A stretch of 52,126 nt of DNA from Nanobdellota archaeon (GCA_023131705.1 JAGLZG010000057.1:1-52126); one strand, 5' to 3'. Shown: positions 1 to 9,965, numbered from the stretch's first letter. The notes: generated by a model not told the origin, from the sequence alone. Numbers and translations are program-made.

Positions 1-12
1 TGATATTGTTAT

Positions 13-576
13 TCATTTATTTTCAAATTTTTCTCTTTTTTTCTTAGCCCTATGGTAAGTAGTCCAGATTGTTCTGTCGTTTTTGTTTAGGAGGACAGCT
101 ATGTCATGGAATTTAAGATTGCAATCTTCATGCAGGTGTTCAGAAACAGACTCCAGAATGCTTAATCTTCTATCACTGAAAGAAGCAAGTATTAAAGCAT
201 ATTTTGATTTTTTTGCTGCAAACCTTTCTTTTATTTTTTGTTTGGCATTATTGTAAGTAGTCCATATTGTTGTTGAATCCCTGTTTAGAAGAGCAGCTAT
301 TTCATTAAAGCTGAGATCCAGCTCTTCTTTTAAGTATTTAACAATGCTTTCTAAGGGGCTTAATTTTGTAGCAAAAACATAAACAGGGATTGAGATGTAT
401 TTGCCTTTTTGGTAAAGAATGTCAATAACCTGTTTTTCCTTAATGTTATATTTTCTTTTTATATTGTTTAATATAGCTTCTGACTCGTCTAATAGTTTGT
501 TTTCTTTAGAATCCAGCTGAAGAATAGCACTGTCACTGTTTAGGCTATCTCTTTTTTCTATAAATTCTTTTTTCAA
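13..576 (-). CDS. DNA-binding protein with two tandem helix-turn-helix repeats (sigma-70 region 4 / LuxR-like)
   Basis: 187-aa ORF with an internal duplication. Each half ends in an HTH-like stretch (LSFNEIAALLNRDSTTIWTTYNNAKQK and LKFHDIAVLLNKNDRTIWTTYHRAKKK). It is transcribed divergently from the glycan locus across a repeat-rich 400-bp spacer. Confidence 0.55.
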   Translation of the reverse strand: MKKEFIEKRDSLNSDSAILQLDSKENKLLDESEAILNNIKRKYNIKEKQVIDILYQKGKYISIPVYVFATKLSPLESIVKYLKEELDLSFNEIAALLNRDSTTIWTTYNNAKQKIKERFAAKKSKYALILASFSDRRLSILESVSEHLHEDCNLKFHDIAVLLNKNDRTIWTTYHRAKKKREKFENK

Positions 577-606
577 TTTGATATCAAACCGCTTATTTCT
601 TTATAA

Positions 607-864
607 TAATACCTAATATGTAAGTAATTATATATAAATATTGCTTATTTTTTATCTAATATGTAAGACATGCGCTTACATATGGAATTTTAATGGCTTT
701 GTTCTTGCCTGATTTTAGTTATTTAATACCTAATATGTAAGTAATCATATATAAGATTTATCATTTATTCATCTAATATGTAAGACATTTAAGAAATTTG
801 AATTATAGTGAATATTATAGTAAGCGACACAAAAATTAGGACATAAATAAATGTCGCTTACTAT
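607..864. promoter_or_regulatory. Operator-like array of GTAAG-core repeats in a divergent promoter region
   Basis: CTAATATGTAAG occurs at 613-624, 656-667, 730-741 and 773-784, all in the same orientation, with 43-bp spacing within pairs and a 117-bp period. An inverted copy CTTACATAT lies at 675-683. A related inverted pair is TAGTAAGCGACA (818-829) / TGTCGCTTACTA (852-863). The 64-bp units 607-670 and 724-787 are direct repeats with identical flanks around a TATATATAA core. Confidence 0.5.
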
Positions 865-869
865 CTTAG

Positions 870-938
870 AAAATGTCAGAAATCTTCGATTTCTGATCAT
901 GATCAAGAACTTATGGTTCTTGACAAGGCACAATTGCC
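870..938 (+). repeat. Multi-hairpin palindromic element, copy upstream of ugd
   Basis: Hairpin TCAGAAATC-ttc-GATTTCTGA (876-896); 12-bp palindrome TGATCATGATCA (894-905); hairpin CAAGAAC-ttatg-GTTCTTG (904-922); GGCA-caat-TGCC (927-938). Positions 870-896 match 17936-17962 at 23 of 27 positions, differing only in the loop. Confidence 0.45.
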
Positions 939-1019
939 CTATAACTAATGTCTTTTTCTATTAAATCACAAATTTTTTAAATGCCCTTTATTTATCTTTT
1001 TAAAGGCAAAGGTAATAAT

Positions 1020-2318
1020 ATGAAAATATCAGTATTTGGATCAGGGTATGTTGGATTGATAGTAGGAACATGTTTAGCAGACCTTGGAAATGAAGTAATT
1101 TGTGTTGATATAGATGAAGATAAGATAGAAAATCTGAAAAAGGCAATACCACCTATATATGAACCTGGTTTACAAGACCTTTTGAAGAGGAATATTGAAG
1201 AGAAGAGAATATCTTTTACAACAAACAGAGAAGAGGCAATAAAAAATTCTGAGGTTATTTTTATAGCGGTTGGAACACCGTCTAATAATGATAATAAAGC
1301 AGATTTAAGTTTTGTAAAGGCAGTTGCAGCAGATATTGGGAAATATATGAATGGTTACAAGGTTATTGTAGATAAAAGCACTGTTCCTGTTGGCACAGCA
1401 GATATGGTAAAAGATATTGTAAAAGAGAATCAAACTGGAAGCCATGAGTTTGATGTTGTATCTAATCCTGAATTTTTAAGAGAGGGAACAGCTATAAGAG
1501 ATTTTACAGTTCCTGATAGAATTGTTATTGGAGCTGACTCTGAAAAAGCAAAAAAGATTATGGAAAGGCTTTACAAGGGGATAGCAAGAGCGGACAAACC
1601 AATTATATTTACAGATGTAAAATCAGCCGAGATAATAAAATATGCAAGCAACGCAATGCTTGCCACAAGAATTTCTTTTATGAATATGGTTGCAAATCTT
1701 TGCGAGAATGCAGGGGCAGATGTTAAAGCAGTTGCAAATGGTATTGGTTTTGACTCAAGAATAGGTCCAAAATTCCTGCAGGCTGGTATTGGTTATGGCG
1801 GAAGCTGCTTTCCAAAAGATATTAATGCATTCATAGAGACGTTAAAAGAGAATAACTGTGATGCTTCTATACTTGAGGCAGTTGAATCAGTAAACAAGAA
1901 ACAGAAACAATCCTTATTACCAAAGATAAAAAAACTTGTTCCAGAGCTTAATGGAAAAACAATAACAATATGGGGGTTAGCTTTTAAACCAAAAACAGAT
2001 GATATGAGAGAAGCACCGTCACTAAAAGTAATAAGCCAACTGCAAAAAGAAGGGGTAGTAATAAATGCATTTGATCCGGAAGCAGAGGGAACAGCAAAGA
2101 AAATACTGAAAAATGTGAATTACTTCAAAACACCTTATGATGCGTTAGAGAACAGCTCATGCCTTGTTATTATTACAGAATGGAATGAGTTCAGGGATTT
2201 AGACAAGCAAAAGATAAAAGAGTTTATGAAAGAGCCTAATATTGTTGACGGCAGGAATGTTTATGAGCCTGAAGAGATGAAAGAGGCTGGTTTTAATTAT
2301 ATAGGTGTAGGCAGATAA
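1020..2318 (+). CDS. ugd: UDP-glucose 6-dehydrogenase (UDP-glucose/GDP-mannose dehydrogenase family)
   Basis: N-terminal Rossmann motif FGSGYVGL and catalytic-Cys motif GGSCFPKD. The length is typical of the family. I placed the start at ATG 1020 (MKISVFGSGYVG), 39 nt inside the tracked ORF 981-2318. Confidence 0.85.
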   Translation: MKISVFGSGYVGLIVGTCLADLGNEVICVDIDEDKIENLKKAIPPIYEPGLQDLLKRNIEEKRISFTTNREEAIKNSEVIFIAVGTPSNNDNKADLSFVKAVAADIGKYMNGYKVIVDKSTVPVGTADMVKDIVKENQTGSHEFDVVSNPEFLREGTAIRDFTVPDRIVIGADSEKAKKIMERLYKGIARADKPIIFTDVKSAEIIKYASNAMLATRISFMNMVANLCENAGADVKAVANGIGFDSRIGPKFLQAGIGYGGSCFPKDINAFIETLKENNCDASILEAVESVNKKQKQSLLPKIKKLVPELNGKTITIWGLAFKPKTDDMREAPSLKVISQLQKEGVVINAFDPEAEGTAKKILKNVNYFKTPYDALENSSCLVIITEWNEFRDLDKQKIKEFMKEPNIVDGRNVYEPEEMKEAGFNYIGVGR

Positions 2319-2385
2319 TTGCTTCGCAATTATTGAGCCTCCCCACTAGTGCACAACTAATGTGCTTTTCCCACCCCGACGGTTA
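2315..2385 (+). repeat. Hairpin plus G+C-rich patch overlapping the ugd stop codon (possible terminator or repeat-family member)
   Basis: An 8-bp stem ATAATTGC-ttc-GCAATTAT (2315-2333) includes the TAA stop. It is followed by TGAGCC, C-rich runs and the hairpin GCACA-actaa-TGTGC (2351-2365). The hairpin-then-TGAGC layout is shared with the elements at 17936 and 33617. No U-tract follows directly. Confidence 0.3.
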
Positions 2386-2426
2386 TTAATTATGCTTCAC
2401 AACTAAAATAAATCACAACCAAATAA

Positions 2427-3167
<741 letters not shown>

Positions 3168-3240
3168 ACCCAATAACAATAGTTTATAAATAAAAATTGA
3201 AAAACTTTATATATTTTGACTATACTCTAAAAAACATAAA

Positions 3241-3645
3241 ATGAAGATAATGGGTTTAATGGAAATAAATAAATTAAAAAAGACGAATTTTTCAAAATAT
3301 TTTATAACAAGTATAGCTGCAACCATTCTCTCTACTATTTTGCTATGGTTCTTTGTTGATGTTTTACATCTCTTAGCATCATTGATGAGCATTTTTATTT
3401 CTGGGCTTATATTCTTCTTTAAGTTTTTTTCCTATAATAAATTAAAAATGTTCAATGACAACAAAAGTAATTTTTTGAAATATACAATCATATGGGTTAT
3501 TATCATCAGTTTAACAGCCCTTTTATTATTGGTGTTTGTGGATTTAATGCATTTTTGGGTTGTAGTGGTTAATCCTATCATTTCTATTTTTATGTTTATT
3601 TTTAGATTTTATTTATTTAGATTATTTAATCTACTTGCAAAATAA
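3241..3645 (+). CDS. GtrA-like small polytopic membrane protein
   Basis: About 130 aa with four hydrophobic helices. It is adjacent to a GtrB-like GT2 and a large GT-C-like membrane protein (classical gtrABC arrangement). A close paralog lies at 13517-13936. Confidence 0.65.
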   Translation: MKIMGLMEINKLKKTNFSKYFITSIAATILSTILLWFFVDVLHLLASLMSIFISGLIFFFKFFSYNKLKMFNDNKSNFLKYTIIWVIIISLTALLLLVFVDLMHFWVVVVNPIISIFMFIFRFYLFRLFNLLAK

Positions 3646-3649
3646 AATT

Positions 3650-4531
3650 CTACTTCCTTAACATATCAGCAAGAAATCCAATCATCCATATCTGCACACC
3701 AGTCATTATTAATAATGCACTTAAAATAACCCTTGGAATACCACCAGCAATTCCAGTATTTATTATATTATAGGTTATCCATATTCCAACTAACAAGCCA
3801 AAGAAAATAAATATACCCCCAAATAACCCAAAAAATTTTAGTGGTTTATAATCCCTGTATATCCTTAAAAGATTTATCCATGCTTTTATTGCATAATCAA
3901 AAGGATTTTTCATTAATCTGCTTTTGGTGTTAGCACCTCTCTTTGCAAAATAAACAGGAACCTCTTTTATCTTAAATTTTTCTCTTGCTGCTCTTATTAT
4001 TTGTTCCTGGGTATAAGTATGAGTTGATGTTATTGGCAGTTTTGCAACCTCTTTTGTAAATGCTCTGAAGCCTGTCTGAGCATCTGTTATCTTTTGTTTA
4101 CTTATTTTGGATATAACTCCTGAAAATGCCTTATTGCCTAATCTTTTTATTAAAGGCATTGATTCTATTTTCCCCTTGAATCTTGAACCCAACACCAAAT
4201 CATATCCATTTTCAACTTCTTTTATAAGTTTTGGAATATCTTCTGCTGAATACTGCATGTCAGCATCTGTATGAACTATAATATCTGCCCCCATTTCCAG
4301 GCATTTTTTCATCTCTGTCCTAAATGTTTCAGCTAAACCAAAATTTCTTGGATGTGAAACAACAATTGCTCCAAGGGATTTTCCTATTTCTTTTGTTTTG
4401 TCTTTGCTTCCATCATCTACAACTAAGATCCTGTAAGAATAATCTGTTTGCATTACCTCTTTTATACTATTTATAACAAAACTAATTGTTTTTTCTTCAT
4501 TATATGCAGGTATGGTAATAATAATCTCCAT
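3650..4531 (-). CDS. GT2 polyprenyl-phosphate glycosyltransferase (GtrB/Dpm1/ArnC-like)
   Basis: ITIPAYNEEKTI, VVDDGSKDKT and the DxD-type motif TDADMQY, plus two C-terminal transmembrane helices typical of GtrB/ArnC-type enzymes. Confidence 0.8.
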   Translation of the reverse strand: MEIIITIPAYNEEKTISFVINSIKEVMQTDYSYRILVVDDGSKDKTKEIGKSLGAIVVSHPRNFGLAETFRTEMKKCLEMGADIIVHTDADMQYSAEDIPKLIKEVENGYDLVLGSRFKGKIESMPLIKRLGNKAFSGVISKISKQKITDAQTGFRAFTKEVAKLPITSTHTYTQEQIIRAAREKFKIKEVPVYFAKRGANTKSRLMKNPFDYAIKAWINLLRIYRDYKPLKFFGLFGGIFIFFGLLVGIWITYNIINTGIAGGIPRVILSALLIMTGVQIWMIGFLADMLRK

Positions 4532-4590
4532 AATTTCTATGAATAGGAAACTATTTAAATATGTTTCTAATTTAAAATATAAGAGATTAT

Positions 4591-6657
4591 ATGAGCATAA
4601 TAACTGTAATATTATTTTTTGTATTAAGTTGGGGTTTAGGATATATCATAACAAGATATGTCAAAAATTCTGATAATTTCTTAGAACGCAATCTAATGCG
4701 TATTGGATTTGGCATTGCTTTGTTTGCATTATTAAATATTATGTTGGGCTTATTACATATGCCCATAGACTGGCGAATCATACTTATGGTTGTCATCTTA
4801 CCCTTAGCATATTTTGCATATAAAGATATAAAAACAAAAAAGTTCTTTACACCAAAACTTAAACTTAAAAAATCAGATATTTATATTCTGATTATTCTGT
4901 TATTTTTTGTATTTACACTCTTTATGTATACAAAAGGCTCATTTAGTTATCCTTGGTTAGAGGATGGTGACCCATGGATACATGCAATCGGTGTGAAATA
5001 TATAAGCATTGAAAAAACCCTTCTTGAACCCGAACCATATGAAAGAATTCTGCAATATACAGATCCTTATCCGCCAGCATATGAATCTATTTTTGGAGTT
5101 TTATTTCAAGTCAGCAGAACAGATTTAATATGGCATATGAAATTTTTTAATAGCCTGATAATATCTTTAGGCATAATATTTTTTTATTTTTTTGCAAAGA
5201 AGTTTGTGAAGAACAATAAAAAGGCTTTATTTGCAACATTTATTCTTACAATAATACCTTGTTATATGAGCCATTTTATCTGGGCCCATTCTTTAGTCAT
5301 AATGCTTATTTTTCCAACATTATATGCTTTTGAGTGCATAAAGGAAGATAAAAGATGGAAATGGATAGCCTCAATAATGGTTGGTGCAATGCTTGTAACA
5401 CAACCAAGCCAGGTCATGAAATTTGGGGTTATTTTATTTGTTTATCTTCTTATTAATTCAATAATTAACAAGAAGATATGGTGGAGTGGATTTTTATCTG
5501 GTTTTTATGGGATTTTTATCTCGTTTTTATGGTGGATTCCAACTTTTATTAGGAGGGGCATACTTACATCTATAAAAATTGAACATCATGGACTTGGCAG
5601 AGCTATTGAAAGTCTGCCTAAGAAATGGTATGAATTTAAAGTTGTAGGTACTGCAGACAGGGTTTATAATTTTAAGGATTTTTTTATAGCAAAAGGACAG
5701 AACATGATTAATAATCCGATTGGGGTTGGCAAGGTACTAATCATACTTATTATATTAACCTTTATTTTTATGATATATCACCAGTTTAAGATTACATTGA
5801 ATAATAGAAAAGAGCATAAAAATCTGTCAATAGTATTATTTTCTCTACAAGGACTATCATTATTGATGCTGCTTTTTTCCTTTTTTTCACCAGTGAACTT
5901 ATTTATGGAATTAAAGGTTGGGCTAGTACATCAAGTTATTTTAACAATTGTTTCTATACTTCTTATTGCTATAAGTTATATTATATTGATAATGAATAAA
6001 TTAGAACACGATAAAAATATGTGGGTTCCTATAACATTAATAATATTAGCATTTACTTTTTTTGGCATTCATGGAGCTTCACTGCCAATACAACTATTCG
6101 CATTCAGATTTTGGATGCTGTTTGCAATATTTTTTAGCCTGATAGTGGCTGAGGGATTGTGGTTAATAATAAACACATTTAGAAATTATAAAACTGCTGT
6201 GAATATTTTTATTTTAATCTTAATTGTAGGATTATTGTTAACATCAGCAAAACAGAAATATGAGCTAAATACAGCGCAATGGGGAACAACTGGCTCTCTT
6301 ATGAAATACGGCCAGCTAAATTCATGGGTTTGGTTTGATGAAAATATCCCTGATAATTCAAATGTTTATTATTCATGCAAATCAAGATGGGGAGATTTTG
6401 CAATAATTGCTTATGATAAATGGAGCTGTTATTGGTGCAAGGATATAAGAGAATCAAAAAAATATATGTTGAATCAATCTTCTGAAAAGATATATAATTG
6501 GCTTAAACAAAAGGATTATGAATATATTGTGATAGATGGGAATTGTATAGGCGATTTTGGGGAGAACTTTACTAATGAAAAAATAAGAGAGATGTCTGCT
6601 TCAAATCTATTTATACCAGTTCATCAAGGGCAGGGCATGGTAATCTTTAGAATATAG
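4591..6657 (+). CDS. Large polytopic membrane protein, GT-C-like (GtrC-position glycosyltransferase candidate)
   Basis: 688 aa with more than 10 predicted hydrophobic helices, an acidic first loop (WLEDGDPWIH) and a soluble Cys/Trp-rich C-terminal domain. The function is inferred from position next to GtrA/GtrB-like genes. Confidence 0.45.
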   Translation: MSIITVILFFVLSWGLGYIITRYVKNSDNFLERNLMRIGFGIALFALLNIMLGLLHMPIDWRIILMVVILPLAYFAYKDIKTKKFFTPKLKLKKSDIYILIILLFFVFTLFMYTKGSFSYPWLEDGDPWIHAIGVKYISIEKTLLEPEPYERILQYTDPYPPAYESIFGVLFQVSRTDLIWHMKFFNSLIISLGIIFFYFFAKKFVKNNKKALFATFILTIIPCYMSHFIWAHSLVIMLIFPTLYAFECIKEDKRWKWIASIMVGAMLVTQPSQVMKFGVILFVYLLINSIINKKIWWSGFLSGFYGIFISFLWWIPTFIRRGILTSIKIEHHGLGRAIESLPKKWYEFKVVGTADRVYNFKDFFIAKGQNMINNPIGVGKVLIILIILTFIFMIYHQFKITLNNRKEHKNLSIVLFSLQGLSLLMLLFSFFSPVNLFMELKVGLVHQVILTIVSILLIAISYIILIMNKLEHDKNMWVPITLIILAFTFFGIHGASLPIQLFAFRFWMLFAIFFSLIVAEGLWLIINTFRNYKTAVNIFILILIVGLLLTSAKQKYELNTAQWGTTGSLMKYGQLNSWVWFDENIPDNSNVYYSCKSRWGDFAIIAYDKWSCYWCKDIRESKKYMLNQSSEKIYNWLKQKDYEYIVIDGNCIGDFGENFTNEKIREMSASNLFIPVHQGQGMVIFRI

Positions 6658-6724
6658 GATTTGGACCATATCTAGGAATTCATAAAATATTTAAAACGCT
6701 TAGAAACACATAATAGAATATAAA

Positions 6725-8323
6725 ATGGCAGATAAAAACATTTTTGCAAAAAAAGCACTAGCTGAGATACCAAGAATTCTTGGGCTTATGGATAGAAACA
6801 AGCTTTCACCCACTTATGGATGTTTTGACAGGAACTTTTGGCACTACAAAACAGTTGATTTTCCAACAGGAATGGCTCAATTGGGTGTTTTGCCTTTAGC
6901 CCTTGTTTACAGCTATAATTATCCTGATAATCCTTATTATAAAAAAGAGAGAATAAAAGAATTAGCTGTGGCAGGAATCTCTTACCTTGAAAAAAGCTCT
7001 CATAAAGATGGCACAACTGATGAGTTTTATCCATATGAAAGGGCATTAGGTGCAACATCTTTTTCTTTAATTGCATGCACAGAAGCTTATATGCTTTTGG
7101 GACTTGATAATAAGAAGTTTGTAAGATTTTTTAAGAAAAGGGCAGACTGGATGATTAAAAATACAGAGCCAAATGTTATAGCAAACCACCAGCTTAGTGT
7201 AGCTGTCCCATTGGTTAATGTTTATCTTATTACAAAAGAAGAAAAATACCTGAAAGCTGCAAAAGAAAAGATAAAGAATGCAATGAAATGGTGGAATGAT
7301 GAAGGATGGTTTTATGAATATGAAGGCTGTGATCCTGGGTATTCTACATTTGCAATAGATTTTCTTGCAAAATATTATAAAAAGACAAAAGATAAAGATG
7401 TTTTACCTACACTTAAAAAATCCATTGAGTTTTGCTCGTATTTTATAGCTCCTGACGGGAGTTATGGTGGAGAGTATGGGAGCAGAAACACAAGCCATTT
7501 CAGGCCAGATGGTTTTGAAATCATGGGAGAAGAATCCCTATTAGGGCTAGGAATAGTTGACAAATATCTTGAAGGGATAGAAAAAGGCAAGAATGAGTTT
7601 ATGAATGATGAAAAATACATGTTTTATGATGTTATTAATTATTTGCAGGCTTATATTGATTTTAATGAACAAAGACCTGGTTTTGTTAAGAGGGAGAAAG
7701 ACTTTGAAAAATATTTTGAAAAAGCCAAAATTTATGTTACCAAGAAAGGAAAATATTATGTTATTATAAGTCTTGCAAAAGGTGGTGTTATTAAGATATT
7801 TAGGGATGAGAAATTAGTTTACAAAGATAATGGATTTATAGCAAAAACATCTGATGATAATGTTATAGTAAGCCAGCTTATCTCAAATCATCAGGTAGAA
7901 GTTAGTGATAGTGATATAATTGTAAAAGGAAAGTTTGATATTGTTAAATTTAAGAGACCATCTGTATTTTCAATGATGGTCTTTAGGGTATTGCTTTTGA
8001 GTTTTGCATGGAACTGGAAAATAGGAAGCTTGGTTAAGCATTTGCTTGTCAAGATTTTAATAACAGGAAAGAAAAAGGCGCCTTTCTTTTTTGAGAGGAT
8101 TTTTAAAGTGGGTGAATCAGGAGTTGAAATAGTATCAACAATCAAATTACTTTCTAATAAAAAAATAAAGGAGCTATATTTAGGCACAGATCATGCGGTA
8201 ATAATGGTTCCTACAAGCAATTATTTCCAAGAGGGTGTTTTATTTCCCTGGATAAATCTTAATGACAAACTTCAAAAACTAAACAGTGAAAAAATGCTTA
8301 GATTTAGACAAACTATAAAATGA
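6725..8323 (+). CDS. Conserved hypothetical protein (possible alpha/alpha-toroid fold), function unknown
   Basis: A 532-aa uninterrupted ORF whose stop overlaps the next start (ATGA). I recognised no catalytic motif. The repeating aromatic/acidic helical pattern in the N-terminal 300 aa is only suggestive. Confidence 0.4.
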   Translation: MADKNIFAKKALAEIPRILGLMDRNKLSPTYGCFDRNFWHYKTVDFPTGMAQLGVLPLALVYSYNYPDNPYYKKERIKELAVAGISYLEKSSHKDGTTDEFYPYERALGATSFSLIACTEAYMLLGLDNKKFVRFFKKRADWMIKNTEPNVIANHQLSVAVPLVNVYLITKEEKYLKAAKEKIKNAMKWWNDEGWFYEYEGCDPGYSTFAIDFLAKYYKKTKDKDVLPTLKKSIEFCSYFIAPDGSYGGEYGSRNTSHFRPDGFEIMGEESLLGLGIVDKYLEGIEKGKNEFMNDEKYMFYDVINYLQAYIDFNEQRPGFVKREKDFEKYFEKAKIYVTKKGKYYVIISLAKGGVIKIFRDEKLVYKDNGFIAKTSDDNVIVSQLISNHQVEVSDSDIIVKGKFDIVKFKRPSVFSMMVFRVLLLSFAWNWKIGSLVKHLLVKILITGKKKAPFFFERIFKVGESGVEIVSTIKLLSNKKIKELYLGTDHAVIMVPTSNYFQEGVLFPWINLNDKLQKLNSEKMLRFRQTIK

Positions 8324-9300
8324 GATTAAAAAAATCATTGAAATATCTTATTTTTTTCTTTCCTACCATATTAATTTTTGTTTTATTGCTTTATTTTTCT
8401 GATTTAGGCAAGATAGGGGATACTTTAATGAGAATTCCATTTTGGGCTTATTTTGTTATTATTGTTATTTCAGCATTTTCATGGGTTATAAGGGGTGAAA
8501 GATGGAAAGTTTTCCTGCATCTAAATAAAATAAAAATAAAAATAATACCAGCAACAGCGCTTGCTGTATTTGGTAATTTTGCAAACTGGGTTGTTCCTGC
8601 AAGAATAGGAGATTTGGCATGGGCATATATTGCAAAAAGAGTTCTTAAAACAAGATTGCATATAACATTAATAACAATAATACTTAATCGTTTTCTTGAT
8701 TTTTTGTCTTTGATAATACTTCTTCAACTTGCCTTCTTTTTCGTAGGCAAGGAACTGCTTATAGGATGGGCAAAAGCATTGAATATAATCTCTATCATCA
8801 TACTAATCCTTTTCATCATAGTCATTAAAATATTATTGACAGAAAAACTAATACTTAAACTAACAAAAGGTCCATTAAAAAAGTTTAAAAAACATTATTT
8901 AATAATAAAAGAATCCCTCCTAGGCTCTACAAAGAGCAAAAAAACATTCTTTAAATGGATCTTTATGTCTGTTGTTATTTGGCTGATAGAAGCGTTAATA
9001 ACTTATATTCTGTTTATTAGCCTAGGCATTAATATAAATTTTTTCTTTATCATATTAGCAGTCATAATGGCAAACCTTACAAAAATACTAGGCATTACAC
9101 CAGGAGGAATAGGAACATACGAGGCAGCAATGGCGTTAACTATTGTTGCTTTGACAAGTTTAGATTATAGTGTAGTTTTGACAATATCTATATTAGATGC
9201 TTTGCTTAAAAAATTATTTATACTTATTGTAGGAGTAATAACAACAAATTATTATGGAATAAAGCTATTTTCCTTTAATAATAAAAAAGATAATAATTAA
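8320..9300 (+). CDS. Flippase-like membrane protein (UPF0104 / lysylphosphatidylglycerol-synthase TM-region family)
   Basis: Eight or so hydrophobic helices and the family-typical ITPGGIGTYEAAMA motif. Confidence 0.6.
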   Translation: MRLKKSLKYLIFFFPTILIFVLLLYFSDLGKIGDTLMRIPFWAYFVIIVISAFSWVIRGERWKVFLHLNKIKIKIIPATALAVFGNFANWVVPARIGDLAWAYIAKRVLKTRLHITLITIILNRFLDFLSLIILLQLAFFFVGKELLIGWAKALNIISIIILILFIIVIKILLTEKLILKLTKGPLKKFKKHYLIIKESLLGSTKSKKTFFKWIFMSVVIWLIEALITYILFISLGININFFFIILAVIMANLTKILGITPGGIGTYEAAMALTIVALTSLDYSVVLTISILDALLKKLFILIVGVITTNYYGIKLFSFNNKKDNN

Positions 9301-9965
9301 ACCTTCTTTGCCCCGATAGTAATTCTATACAAACCTATATGGCGTAGCTCTTTTCTAAATCCTAGTTTATACAACTCTTGTTCAATTTTATCCACATTCT
9401 TTAACCAAAAACTCATACTTTCTTTTTCTTCCTCTAGAACAACCCTCATATGCCTTGAATAGTAAAAAAGATTTGAGAGCGGTGAAAAGATTATCTTTTC
9501 CCCAATCCATCTAATCTTTGTTTGATAAGGTTCATTATAACTAAATAATCCGCCTGGTTTAAGCACCCTTCTTATTTCTTTAAAACATTTTATAATATTT
9601 TCAATTGTTTCAAGATGATGCAATACCCCTGCCAGGTATACACAATCAAAAGTATTATCAGGAAAACCAATATTCTGCGCATTCCCAACACTAATTTTAT
9701 TTTTAACAGGGCTTTTCTCAATAAGTTTTTTTGAAGGCTCAATCCCATACACATTATGATATCCTTTTTTCATAAGCATGTGCATAGTAATCCCTGTACC
9801 ACACCCTACATCAAGAATCATTGCATCTTTTCCTAAATCAAATAAGCCCATGGTTTTCATACGCTTTTCACGGGCTTTTTTTTCGCTCAGAAATGGATGA
9901 TATTTCTGTTTTGAATATGCCTTATGCCATCTTTTAGTTTCCATTATATTCCTCCTTATAAACAA
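9297..9965 (-). CDS. Class I SAM-dependent methyltransferase
   Basis: Motif I ILDVGCGTG, with downstream acidic and GGL motifs. A strong AGGAGG lies upstream of the ATG. Confidence 0.8.
   Translation of the reverse strand: MFIRRNIMETKRWHKAYSKQKYHPFLSEKKAREKRMKTMGLFDLGKDAMILDVGCGTGITMHMLMKKGYHNVYGIEPSKKLIEKSPVKNKISVGNAQNIGFPDNTFDCVYLAGVLHHLETIENIIKCFKEIRRVLKPGGLFSYNEPYQTKIRWIGEKIIFSPLSNLFYYSRHMRVVLEEEKESMSFWLKNVDKIEQELYKLGFRKELRHIGLYRITIGAKKV

Noticed and set aside
607-787. Possible CRISPR array or replication-origin iterons
   Set aside because: There are only two 64-bp units, with drifted centres and internal sub-repeats. No cas genes, no uniform repeat-spacer periodicity, and no cdc6, dnaA or rep gene is adjacent. 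A divergent-promoter operator array fits better.
981-1019. N-terminal extension MPFIYLFKGKGNN of the ugd ORF
   Set aside because: The family N-terminus begins directly with the Rossmann strand MKISVFGSGYVG at ATG 1020, so the extension is probably untranslated.
3197-3226. Sigma-70-like promoter TTGAAA-N18-TATACT upstream of the GtrA-like gene
   Set aside because: Such hexamers arise by chance at high frequency in DNA this AT-rich, and the domain of life of the host is not settled, so I do not report it as a feature.
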